From contig NC_043014.1 of assembly GCF_006345805.1 (NCBI RefSeq), forward strand, positions 30,504,001-30,568,000: DNA of 64,000 nucleotides. The letters are read 5' to 3'. The notes beneath the pieces are model-generated. The model worked only from the letters and a program-made list of their open reading frames with translations, ran no database searches and was not told the DNA's origin. Below are positions 26,140 to 38,948 of this stretch, in pieces. The position numbers were made by a program, and so were the translations under genes. Every line of letters begins with the position of its first letter. Position 1 is the first letter of the stretch. The DNA comes from Octopus sinensis (taxonomy: Eukaryota).

Positions 26140-26848
26140 TTTGATTTTGATTTGATTTTTCCAGTTTCAGCTTATGAGCTGTGGCCATGCTGGGGCACCG
26201 CCATATATCCGTAATATATATATATATATGTAAGCATGCATATATTTGAGATATTAACAGTGAAACTATGAAAACAAAGTATCTCACATTACAATATACA
26301 TGTTATTGTTACACTTTTGACACATAATACTCAACTAGTCTAAGAGATAAGAGATTGCTCCAGGCTCATATTAGGTAAGAAATTGAAAATTCTTTTGGCC
26401 AATAACAGTGCATAGATCCTAAGTAAGGCATGTGTAAAACTTGATATATATATACTTAAGCTAGTAACCTGCTTCATTCTTGATTCCGAATTCCTTTTGC
26501 CAAGCCTGTCCGTAAACGAAGTGATCCCAAGATAAGAAATCTTTGAACTTTAATTCATCCGTATCTCTATTTATTATTATTATTTATTAATTATTATTAT
26601 TCTGATCCCCCTAGTCGCCACTCTGTTTACTATTTCAGCCTCGCCTCGTTTTTGCATATTCTGTATAATTCACTAGTTATCGTTATAGATATTTAAGACT
26701 ATCTCCCTTACAGGGCTGATTAGAAATTGGCTGCCGATTCTTCGCGGCGCGCCCGCCCTGCCCACCCCCACCACCAATACCGGATATCTCTATTTTGCTC
26801 CAACTATACCGGATGTCGTTCTCTCACCACCATTATAGGTGTCTACTC

Positions 26849-27110
26849 TTGAACCCCCCTCTTCAATACGCTATTTCACCATGCATTACCCCTCTCTCGA
26901 TATCTACTTTCTACTTGCCTAGAACCTGTCCTCTGAACCACCCCTCCACTGGTGCTCCCCATATTTCTGCACCCCCCCACCACGAACCCCCCTCTTCAAA
27001 CGCTATTTCACCATGCATTCCCTCTCTCGATATCCTACGTTCTACTTGCCTAGTACCTGTCCTCTGAACCACCCCTCCCACTGGTGCTCCCTATTTCTGC
27101 ACCCCCCCCC
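26849..27110. repeat. Tandem duplication of a C-rich unit of about 133 bp
   Basis: gaacccccctcttcaa...tttctgcacccccc occurs twice. Confidence 0.9.
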
Positions 27111-27111
27111 C

Positions 27112-27360
27112 ATAAAAGCACCATCGAACGTGGCCGATGCCAGACCCCTCTGGCACCTGTGCAGGTGGCACGTAAAAAACACCCACTACACTCGCGGAGT
27201 GGTTGGCGTTAGGAAGGGCATCCAGCTGTAGAAAACACTGCCAGACTAGACTGGAGCCTGGGGCAGTCCGAGCTCCCCAGACCCCGGTCGAAACCGTCCA
27301 ACCCGTGCTAGCGTGGAAAACGGACGTTAAACGATGATGATGATGATGATTGATGATGAT
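27112..27360 (+). mobile_element. Young family C (RTE 3'UTR) copy with (GAT)n tail; other copies near 2850, 4910, 6820, 7395, 10170, 28430, 37990, 39000, 43500, 53130, 53500
   Basis: ggcgttaggaagggcatccagctgtagaaa...ccaacccgtgctagcgtggaaaacggacgttaaacgatgatg, CpGs intact. Confidence 0.8.
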
Positions 27361-28028
27361 GATATATATATATAATATGCATATATATATATGTAATATA
27401 TATACGTAAATATATATATACATATATATATAAATATATATACGTAAAATATAAACATATATATATATATGTGTAAATATATATATGTAAATATATATAC
27501 ATATATATATATGTGTGTAAATATTTATGTACATATATATGTAAATATGTATGTAAATATATATACATAAATATACACACACATATATATACATATATAT
27601 ATATTAATAATTATAATATGACAACAAAAGAATTAATAAGACCTCGATATTATGTAAACTCTGAGTTTTATTATTGCAACCGACTAATTTGTCATATATA
27701 TATATATACATACATACACACACATATATATGTGTGTGTATGTATATATATGTGTATATATATATATACAAGTGCAAACAAGGGAGACAGAGAAAGGCAG
27801 AATGCCACTTATATTTGAACACTATACAAATATTCTTTAAAAAAACTTTTCTTTTAATTTTTCTAAATTTAATTATGTAATCGTTACAGTTGAAAAGGTC
27901 TCAAAATTACCGAAACCGGTACTGAAATGTTCTTTATAAAATTATTTTAGGATTTTCTATTTGACTTGTTTTTTCATATATATATATATATATATATACA
28001 TACATAGCAAACACACACAATCTCAGTG

Positions 28029-28074
<46 letters not shown>

Positions 28075-28249
28075 ATATATGTTTGAGTCATTGGACTGCA
28101 GCCATTCTGGGCATCATCTTTAAATATTGTAGTCAAACAAATCAACCGAAATACTAATGTTTCTTAAGCCTGGTACTATCAGTTTCTTTTATCAAACTGT
28201 TAGGTTACAAGGATGTAATCACTGATTGTCAAGAAATGGAGGGGAACAA

Positions 28250-28284
<35 letters not shown>

Positions 28285-28624
28285 ATATACATAACACACT
28301 TCTTTCAGTTTCTGTCAAACAAATCCACTCACAAGGCTTTGGTCGACTTGGGGCTATAGCAGAAGACACTTGACCAAGGTACCATGCAGTGGGACTTAAC
28401 ACACAGCCACATTTGCACCTATATAAAATCATCATCATCATCATTGAACATCTGTTTTCCATGCTGGCATGAATTGGATGGTTTGACAGGAGCTAGCCAG
28501 GTGAAGAGCTGCCCAGGCTTCTTCATCTGGATGCCATTCTTAATGCCAACCACTCCACAGAGGGTACTGGGTGCCCTTATGCAGCACTGGCACAGGTGCA
28601 TCTACGTGACACTGGTACAGGTGC

Positions 28625-28662
<38 letters not shown>

Positions 28663-29279
28663 AGGTACCAGTTAGAGGAGTTTAATACCTCTAAGGGATA
28701 ATTAAATCCAAAGTCTCTCCTGGTTAGGTACAGTCTTTTGTAAAGTTGAACGGTAGCAGGTGGTTCAGTTGGTAGACTGTAGTTTAGGTTATATAGAAGA
28801 AGAAATTGGATGTAATATCTAATTAAATTAAAGGCATACCAGTGAAAACGAGGAATTTCCCCTTGTTATTATATCCATTTTCTTCGCATATATATATATA
28901 TATATATACATGGTAGGCTTCTTTCATTCTCCCACTCCCAAGGCCTTGGTTGGCCCAAGGCTATAGTAGAAGACACAATTGCCCAAGGTGCCACACAGTT
29001 GGACTGAACCCAGAACCATGTGGCTGGGAAGCAAGCTTCTTACAACACAGCCACTCCTATATAATATATATATATACACATGACAGTATTCTTTATGTTT
29101 CCATATATCAAAACCAGTTACAAGGTTTTAGTCCAGGGCTGTAATAGAAGATTCTTGCCAAGGTGTCACATAGTGGGACTGAACTCAGAACCATGTGGTT
29201 GGGAGTTCAGTCCCACTGAAGATTAGTGGTTGAGAAGGAAGCTTCTTAACAACACAGTCACAACTATGCCTAGATATAC

Positions 29280-29692
29280 AGGAGTAGCTGTGTGGTAAGT
29301 AGCTTGCTTACCAACCACATAGTTCTGGGTTCAGTCCCACTGCATGGCACCTTGCGCAAGTGTCTTCTACTATAACCGCAGGCCGACCAAAGCCTTGTGA
29401 GTGGATTTTGTAGAAGGAAACTGAAAGAAGCCTGTCGTATATGTGTATGTGTGTGTGTGTTTGTGTGTATGTTTGTGTGTCTGTGTTTGTCCCCCACCCC
29501 AACATCGCTTGACAACCGATGCTGGTGTGTTTACATCCCCGTAACTTAGCGGCTCGGCAAAAGAGACCAATAGAATAAGTGCTAGGCTTACAAAGAATAA
29601 GTCCTGGGGTCGATTTGCTCGACTAAAAGCGGTGCTCCAGGATGGCCACAGTCAAATGACTGAAACAAGTAAAAGAGTAAAAGAATAAAGAG
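29280..29692 (+). mobile_element. SINE family A
   Basis: Full-length match to 41295-41688. Confidence 0.9.
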
Positions 29693-31537
29693 TATATATA
29701 CATGTGCATTATATGCTTGTATACACACAAACACATGTGTGAGTGTGTTTGTATATCTGTATATATCCAGCCAATTTGGATAATAGAAAAAATTACCAGT
29801 AAAATTTGCTATAGCTGAGCGGTAAAAAGTTTGCTTCCCAACTACATGGTTCCAAGTTCATCCCATTGTGCGGAAGCTTGAGCAAATGTCTGCTACTATT
29901 GCCCTGGGCCAACGAAAGCCCAGTAAGAGGACTTGGTGAATGGAAACTGAAAGAAGATTGTCATGTGTGTGTGCACGTGTGTGTGTGCGTGTTTGTCCCT
30001 CACCATCATTTCACAACCAGAGTTGGTTTGTTTACGTCCTTGTAATTTAGTGGTTTGGCAAAAGAGAGCAAGAAAATGAGTATCAAGCTTTTTTTAAAAA
30101 TAAGTACTGAGATTGATTTGTTTGACTAAAATCTTTCAAGGTGGTGCCCCAGCATGGCTGCAGTCCAATGATTGAGTCAAGTAAAAGATAAATGATACCT
30201 TCTGCCAAAATGTATAGCCAATAGAGGACATGCACAAACACACACACATATAGACAGATATACTTATCGATATATATTATATATACATACACACACATAT
30301 ATATGTAGATATATATACACACACATTATATGTAGATACATTACATACATACATACACACATATATATGTAGATACATTACACACACACATACATACATA
30401 TACGAAAATATATCTAAATATACTCAAAAGAAATATACACACGTGTGTGAATATATATGTGCGTGTATGTATTTATTTTTCTAAAGCCAAATATCGACAT
30501 AATAAATAATAGCGAGGCAGCAACTATGAAGAATAAGCAAAAACGCTAATAGGATGAAAAATAAAAATAAAATGTAATCACTTTACCAAAATGACAATAC
30601 GGTACAATGAATAACTATATTTTAAACCCCCGTACGATCCAAAATGGGAGCCTGTACGTGGTTTCTTACTTCGCTAGAAATAACAACCAAACTGACCATT
30701 AACCACATCCTTTACGCTTAAATAAGTAAATGATACATTAAATAATGTAAGTGCTATATAACCCTAAAATTAACGGGATGGTCGTGGCTGTAAAGTGCTT
30801 GATGAGAAATCTGTTCGATCAGAGTAGACTTGGAGCTAAAGAACAACACTCCATATAGCAGAATCAACGGAATTCAATAAAAATGTGTTACAAAACAATA
30901 AATAGAAAACAAACATGCTATCGAAATGTTTTGATGTGAGACGGGGGAAAGGGATAATAATTAAGGACTCAGTAATCATGAAGTTTTGGGATCGATCTTT
31001 GTAGAATTTTGGATATGTCTTTTACTTATACAGCCTTGAGGTGAACCAAGCTCCAACAGTTAAATTGGGTATACGGAAACTGTATGGAAGCCCAGCGGAT
31101 GAAATGTACCTGTAATACAAGGGGGCCAGTATTGTCGCCCTCTGTGTCACGATGATCCTGTCTGAAGATTACATTAAAAGTACAAGTGTCTGTGGAAGGC
31201 TCAGCCACTTTGTAATTCAATGAATACCTAATTCAACTGGAACACTCATAGTCAAAACAGACATTATACAATATTCATAGAAATAATATTTACAATGTAT
31301 AAATTTATTACACATTATAATATTTCCTTACTGTAAATAAGAAAGAAGTGTTTGATTTCCTCTCTGATAAACTCGTGTAATTGCAACGTGAGTTCAATCT
31401 CTCTTGTTTACTATGCTTTGTCTAAATAAGGGGTACAAATAACTAACGATTATTCTATAAAGGGAATAAGGAAAATAATGTGAATGAATGAATGAATGAA
31501 TGAATGAATGAATGAATATAGTTGAAAGTGTATCTAC

Positions 31538-31662
31538 CTGCAGTGAACTTTCACACGGCAGCAGGTACATTGAGATCGGAGAGAAGGAGAACCTTGCCTG
31601 CGGTAGCCCAAGAAATCACCAGATTCCGAATCCTCGACTTCGTCTGTGGTCAAACTAAACAT
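31538..31662 (-). CDS. Candidate first coding exon of an antisense gene (MFSLTTDEVEDSESGDFLGYRRQGSPSLRSQCTCCRVKVHC)
   Basis: GC/CpG-rich non-repetitive segment; ATG at 31662; donor cag|GTAGAT; preceded by a trinucleotide- and CT-rich 5'UTR-like region (31663-32300). Confidence 0.5.
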
Positions 31663-32683
31663 TGCCACATCAACAACATTGACGGCAAACAAACAAACTG
31701 GGAATATATATATACGACAACCAGATGGCTGTGCTTAAAACGACAACGATCCCAGCATCAACAGCGTCAATTCAGCAGCAACAGTGGCAGTGGCATCAAT
31801 AATAATCAATAATCACCATCATCGTCATCACCATCACCTACATACGTACACTGTCAGCAGCAGTGGTGAGAAGCGGCTGGCAATGGATATGTGAACAAGG
31901 TGTTCGCCTCTCGGTTCAGGGAGTTGCGTGTTCGTACATTGTCAGTGGTACAATGCAGAACAACCGTGAAAGACACTGTGCTAGACAGTGAACATTGACT
32001 GCACCTTCGAAATTTCACCTGATGGCGGTACATGGAGAAATAGAACGGAACGGAAAGCGAGAGAGAGAGAGACAGACAGAGAACAAGAGAGGGAGGAGGA
32101 GAGGAAGAGGAGGAACAGAGCGAAATAGAGAGACACAAGGTGACAGAGAGAGAGAGAGAAACACGATTCGGTGTTGGTGTGTTGATGTGACAGGGAGTTT
32201 GCTATTCTACAGAGGGGAGTTCGAATCCTTTCAACCGAGAATAATTAGGCAACAGCAATGACAACAATAATAGCAATACAATTAGTGCTGCTGATGCTGA
32301 GGTTGGACTGAACATCACAAAGCAGACGACGTTGGTGTGTGTTTAGCAAGGTACAGGCTGGTGGTATGAAATGGTAACACATGAGCAGGAATTGGGACCG
32401 TAATTATTGTCTGTTTCAAGGAAAAATTGGCTTCTTATGTGGGAACTCCCACAACAAAGCATTAAATTATCAAAATCGCTTGCATCCAGCTGCTTCGTTT
32501 GCTGTCTATTAATGACACAGATCAATTGATTTGAAAAATTCCCAACACCTCATCCGTCCATCTCTCTCTCTCTCACATACACACACAAACGTTTGTAAAT
32601 ATAAAATCGCACTTTATGTAATTTCAGGACTTTTGATAACACCATGGCTAACACTTTCTAATCAGATCTCTCTCTCTCTCTCT

Positions 32684-32726
<43 letters not shown>

Positions 32727-32832
32727 GCCTGCTCGCTTAGCCAGCGGGGTGGCGTCATTTGAAGGCTAAAACAATGCGAAGCGCATTGTGACCAGCGATG
32801 TGTAGCAACATCTGATAGCCTGGTCGATCACG

Positions 32833-32882
<50 letters not shown>

Positions 32883-33047
32883 GCTTACTCTTCTCTCTTA
32901 GTTACCTCTCAAGCTATTTGTTTATCACGCACATAACATACATATACTCTCATTCTGTCTTTCTCGCCTAATATCTCTCTCCCTCTTTCTCTCTCATTTG
33001 TTCTCCTTCATCTGCTATTTACCTCGCTCTTTTCCAGACACTCATCC

Positions 33048-33138
<91 letters not shown>

Positions 33139-33360
33139 GATTATAGATACGTATATATGTGTGTGTGTGTAGATACGTATATAATATATATATATATACA
33201 TATATATGAATACAGATACGTATATAATATATATATATATATATATATATGAATACAGATACGTATATAATATTATATATATATATATATATATAATATA
33301 TATTATATATATATACACATATATATATATAGAGTGTTAGGTGTGATGTACAGAAATTGA

Positions 33361-33645
33361 ATATTAAGAAAAAAAGTCGTCAGAATTTGGGGGGAAAAAA
33401 TCTTTTTCTGCATTATTATTAGCGCTTTCGTTCCTTTCTCGGACTTGTCAAATAAAATTTTGTGTATGTCCAAACAGATTGTTCATTTATTTAAAACAGA
33501 AGTTTATATAAATGAACGAGCTGTTTGTACATTCACAAAATTTTATTTGACACTTTCGAGAAAGGAACGAAAGAGCTAATAATAATAATGAAGAAATAAA
33601 AAGATTTTTTTTCCAAAATTCTGACGACTTTTTTTTTCTGAATAT
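33361..33645. repeat. Fold-back element, nearly fully palindromic
   Basis: About 135-bp arms (aagaaaaaaagtcgtcagaattt...gtcaaataaaattttgtg...aacag..gttcattt) around a loop of a few nucleotides. Confidence 0.85.
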
Positions 33646-35246
33646 ATACATATATATATATATATATGTATATATATACGTTCAATAGATTTGTAGTTGC
33701 CCGCCTTTCTGTTTATCAGCCAGCCAGCCTGCCTGTCGCACCAGAAGCTGGCATCATTTTCCTTCTTAACTGTAGGCATTCGTTCAATGCCATAGTCACA
33801 CAGTCTAATACTGCACTATTGAGCGTAATGAGAATGTGTGTGTGTGTGTGTGTGTGTGCATACATTCTCACTACGTTACAGGAACATAAACAAACCAACA
33901 CCGGTTATCAATAGGCGAGGATGCAAGCACACGCACAGATACGCGATGGCTTCTTTATTCATTTTCTATCTACCAAATCCACTCGCAAGGCTTTGGTCGA
34001 CCCAGGGCTATAGTAAAAGACACTTGTCGACAGTGTCACGCAGTGGGACTGAACACAGAACCATGTGGTTGGGAAGCAAGCCAAGCCAAGCTTGTGTGTG
34101 TGTGTGTGTGTGTGTGTGTCGACTCAAGTAGCGTACGTAGCTTGTAGCAACGGAGTAAATGATCAGCTTCGAACGAATTAAAAAAAAAAGACCTTTGCTA
34201 TTCAGCATAGAATACTTCGTCCTCTGTAACATCGAAAAGTATACGTGTGCGTGCGTATGTGTGTGTCTGTACGTGTGCGAGTGTGTGCGCACGCGTATAT
34301 TGTTTGGTTTGTTACCTTTTATTCATTGCGGCCAAGGCCATGCTGGTGCACAACGTCTGTGAGTGCGAGAGAGGGAGAGGGAAGAGCGAGAGAGAGTATA
34401 ATCATTTTTCAGTTCAAAGACAACAAAAGAAGGCTGTGGTGGCTGCACATACATCATTCCTATTATTAGTAGCGGCAAAAGAGCAACAATAGAAAAATAA
34501 TAGCGACGACAACGATAGGGACTGCGAGCAGGACAACAATGATGAGGACGATGATAATGATGATGCTTTTTATCGTGCAATGAAGACGGTAGCGATGCTG
34601 GTGGTGGTGATGGTGGTGGTGGTGGTGGTGGTGGCGTGGTTGGGTGGTCGTCGTTGTCATGATGATCTTATTGATAATGCTGATTATATAATGGTGGTGC
34701 TCACAACGGTGATACTGATCGTGCGTAGACGATGATGATGATGATAGTGAAGGTAACATCGTGTAGTAGCAGTGATCAATAAGAGGAACGCCATGGAAAC
34801 ATTGAGGCAAAAAGATCAAAAATAAGGAGGGAGAGACAAGAAAAGTTTGGATGTGTGGGTGTATGTGTGAGAGAGAGTGTGTGTGTGTGTGTGTGTGCGT
34901 GCGTGCGCGCTCTTCTATTCGACAGGATGATGATGAAAGTGGTGGTAGTCGTCGTCGTGGTGACAAATGGCTATGATTTTGATTATAATAGTGAGAGATA
35001 CTGGCAACATGTAATCTACAATTCTTAAGTTATCAAACAAAATAATAATGGGGAAAAGAGCGTGCACCAGGCAAGGAAGAAAGGGCGACAGAAAACAAGG
35101 AAGAAGAATTGAAAAAGAAGTAAAACAAAAAAAAACATAAGACGACATCTTGTCGATGAAATACATCCAGGTATGCATGCACAGCAAAGACAAGCAAATA
35201 GAAACCCTTTCTACTCCTGTAAAAGTCAAAGAAACATGTATACTAG

Positions 35247-35293
<47 letters not shown>

Positions 35294-35399
35294 AGTGTGT
35301 GTGTGTGCGTGTGTGCTTGCATGTGTTATATATTTATGAGGGGGGAAGGGATTCTTCTCCTTCAGTGCAAGAAGACATTTCAACCCTCAATAATTACTG

Positions 35400-35800
35400 A
35401 CACTCTACAGAGCTCAGGTGAGGTCCACAATGGAGCATTGCTCCTACATCAAGGGCACTGCTGTTGCTGCACAGACAGACATCCTAAACCACATCCAGAA
35501 AAGGGTCCACTCAACTGATAAAGTCATTCACAGGCACACTCCAGATGGTAACCCATGGACATAGTGTTTTTTCTCTCTTTCTTTCTGCCTTTTCTTCTGA
35601 TACTACGATAGCTTCTGCTTATACTGCCTCCACTCAAGCAACCCTGACCCACTTGTTTCACCTCCTATTCCTCTTGTGTGCAGCCCACCAGACCCCACTT
35701 CCTTCCCACAATATCAGCTTTCTGGAACCCCTTGCCTGCTCATGACTTTCCCACATGTTGACTTGCAAAGGTTCAAGAACATGAACGGTATCAATCTACC
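35400..35800 (+). mobile_element. Decayed non-LTR retrotransposon RT C-terminal fragment
   Basis: LYRAQVRSTMEHCSY...LNHIQKR, resembling the conserved LYKAQVRPxMEYCSH post-RT motif. Confidence 0.7.
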
Positions 35801-36009
35801 TGTCTTGCAGGGCCTGCAAACACCACAGTACCCCTTCGTCAAACCCCAGCAAATAAAAATATGTGTATATATGAAAATATCTGAAATTGGTTAAGGCATT
35901 AAAGCAGTGGTTCTTTTTTCATACGTCTTCAGTTTATATGGAGAAATGATCCTTAGAAAGGTAAAACTCAACTGAATGAACATTAAAATAAATATGTTTT
36001 TCCCTTTTA

Positions 36010-36400
36010 GGCGCAGGAGCGGCTGTGTGGTAAGTAGCTTGCTTACCAACCACATGGTTCTGGATTCAGTCCCACTGTGTGGCACCTTGGGCAAGTGTCT
36101 TCTATATTGCCTTGGGCCGACCAAAACCTTGTGAGTGGATTTGGTAGACAGAAACTGAAAGAAGCCTGTTGTATATATGTATATGCATATGTTTGTGTGT
36201 CTATGTTTGTCCCCCCAACATCACTTGACAACCGATGCTTGTGAGTTTACGTCCTCATAACTTGGTGGTTCGGTAAAAGAGACTGATAGAATAAGTACTA
36301 GGCCTACAAAGAATAAGTCCTGGGGTTGATTTGCTCAACTAAAGGTGTTACTCCAGCATGGCCACAGTCAAATAAAAACAAGTAAAAGAGTAAAAGAGTA
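36010..36400 (+). mobile_element. SINE family A
   Basis: Full-length match to the family consensus. Confidence 0.9.
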
Positions 36401-36444
36401 ACAAAAACTAAATTTATTTGCATAAAGATATTTTTTCTCTAAAC

Positions 36445-36784
36445 CAGTGGTTCTCACCTGAGGTTCATACGATCCTCGGTGGGGTCCAGATAAGAATTCT
36501 GGAGGACCACACAAGCAAAATAGTAAATTGCATATACACAGTAGTGTATTAAGGATCCATGAAAAAACTTTTATTTAGATGCATTTATTGGAAGAAACAA
36601 CTAGGTTTCTTCTCTAACATTTTACATAGTTCAACCTACACAAGTTAATGTTTGAAAAACAAATTAAGAGTTTTGAAAGAAGTATCTATAAAACTAGCTT
36701 TTTAAACATTGAGATGCTATGGGGATCCACCTGAATAAAATGAGGTTACTATAATAGGGTTTAAAAAATGGTTTAGAACCACTA
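36445..36784. mobile_element. hAT MITE
   Basis: TIRs CAGTGGTTCT / AGAACCACTA; 8-bp TSD ctctaaac / gtctaaac (7 of 8 match). Confidence 0.85.
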
Positions 36785-36904
36785 GTCTAAACAGAAATAT
36801 ACTGAAAAACAAATCTAGTGATATTTCCCTTGGAATAACTTGTAATAAATAAAATATGTGATGTGAAAGGTTCTGCCTAAATCAGCATATCTTCATCTTC
36901 ACAG

Positions 36905-36989
36905 TAGGGAAATATCTAAAAAAAAAGGCTTGTCAGACTGCCTCGTGATTCCTGCAGATAAAATGGGCCAAGTGTTGCCTCAGAGGATG
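36905..36989 (+). CDS. Candidate internal exon (REISKKKGLSDCLVIPADKMGQVLPQRM)
   Basis: catcttcacAG| acceptor, 85-nt open frame, donor atg|GTAAGG; phase 2 to 0. Confidence 0.55.
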
Positions 36990-38854
36990 GTAAGGGAGAT
37001 GTATTGGAATACTCAAGACACACTTGTGGATAGCCATCTCCATCCCAAAAGATATTACTAGTTCAGAAATTTAATATCAGTTAACATTGAATTAATTACT
37101 GAAGTAAACAGAACTTAAAAGTGGTACTAAATCCAATCATGGAATGCAGTAAAAAGGCTAAACAATGTTGAGAAAAAAAAATTTTGACCACTAACCAAAC
37201 TAAACAATTTATATTTCAAAACCAAGCAAATAAAATTTTCCCATTCTTTTGACATCCTTGAAGATATGATATCCACAATGACTAAACTACATTTCATATT
37301 GAAATGTAATCTGAAATATTTCAACTAACACGAAGAAAAGAGTTAAGGTTTTTGTTTACTCAACTCTAATTTATGAGGCAGGATCACGAGCGATAAAATA
37401 TAGAAAAGAGACTTTTGAAAAGAGGTTGTGGAGAAGAATAAAGTAGATTTCCTATATTGAAAGGTACAATTGTTGAGTTAGCTTTGCAAAAAAATTTGAT
37501 GAGATGAAGACAAAATCATAGTTTTAAATAAACTTGAAGCAATAACTTATTAATATATTATTCTTTCAAAAGTAATGCTTATTTATTCACATTGTTTTGA
37601 ATTAATCAAGCCTTATTTTGTAGCTTGGAGATTTTGATGAGGTTACTATAATTCTTGGACTGATATTGTAGAGTAAGTATGAGAAACCAGACCTGGCCAG
37701 TTTCAGCATAAAGCAGGTAGAAATATTTTGGATGGATATGGCTGGTTTAATTGCTAAAGGACTAATGAGAGATGATATCATTTTGGAAAAAGGTATAATA
37801 GTTGGATAATGAGAGATAAAAGAAAATTAAAAGAGTTGAGAGAGATAAATGGATAAAGTAAAATCAATTTTATGAACAAGCACTTAAACCAGCTGAAAAT
37901 GATGCAAGCAGCAATGATGATTGATTGATAAAAGTTAATATAGCTACTATGGATCAATTCTGATCCTACATATAGGTATATGTGTGTGTGGCCAGCGCCA
38001 GTGATGCATTTGAGGCACCTGTGCCAGTGACATATAAAAGACACCCAGTACACTCTAAGGAGTGGTTGGTGTTAGGAAGGGCATCCAACCATAGAAACCA
38101 AACCAAAACAGACTGGAGCTTGGTGCAGCACTCCAGCTTACCGGTTCTAGTCAAACCATCAAACCCTTGCCAGCGTGGAAAATGGATGGAAAAGAGAATA
38201 TGTTCGTTCATTCATTGAATGTCTGTTTTTCATCTTAACAAAGACTGGACAAATGTGTATTGAGATATTGTTTAACAGCTAGATGCACTTCCTGTTGCTC
38301 ACACCTGTTTTTCAACTAATAGTTTCTTTGTTTTTTTTCCAATCCACCCATCTTCAAAAGCACAGAACAACAGGATGAATTGAAAGAAAGAAATGCCAAC
38401 AAACATCACCATTTTCTGCTAACACACATACATATACTTATATATACAATAGTTTTCCACTGCGTTCCCATCCACCAATTTCCCTCACAAGTCATTGGTC
38501 AGCCCAAGAGTACAATAAAAGACACATGCCTAAGGAGACATGTAGTGAGGTAGAACTTAAAACCACATGTTAACAAAGCAAACTCTATATCTGCTTGTGT
38601 GTGTGTGTGTGTGTATTGTTATTACCATCATCATTCAATGTTCACATCTCCATGCATCCATGGGTCAGACCAAATGTGTTGGGACACATTTTCTATGGTT
38701 GGATGCTTTTCCTGTTGCCAATCCTTCTGTTTCCAAACAAGGTAATATTTCCCCATGGTTAGAAATGTTTTTCATTGAAGACTGGAAATGAACAGTATTG
38801 CTTACATCATGACCATCACATGATGTCAAGACAATGCTACACATATACACACAC

Positions 38855-38948
<94 letters not shown>

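Larger units (their letters stand above)
30400..35200. promoter_or_regulatory. CpG-rich island, probable promoter / 5' exon region
   Basis: Visibly higher CpG density than the flanks, with GA, GAT and GGT repeats; contains the candidate first exon. Confidence 0.45.

Noticed and set aside
26339-26374. 36-nt exon candidate (LRDKRLLQAHI-S) with a strong donor, in phase with 36905
   Set aside because: Poor polypyrimidine tract, a phase 2 start that does not join 21719, and location in suspect low-quality sequence; left out of the model
34466-34966. 166-aa ORF with poly-H/T/I
   Set aside because: Built from trinucleotide and CA repeats; more likely UTR or promoter sequence
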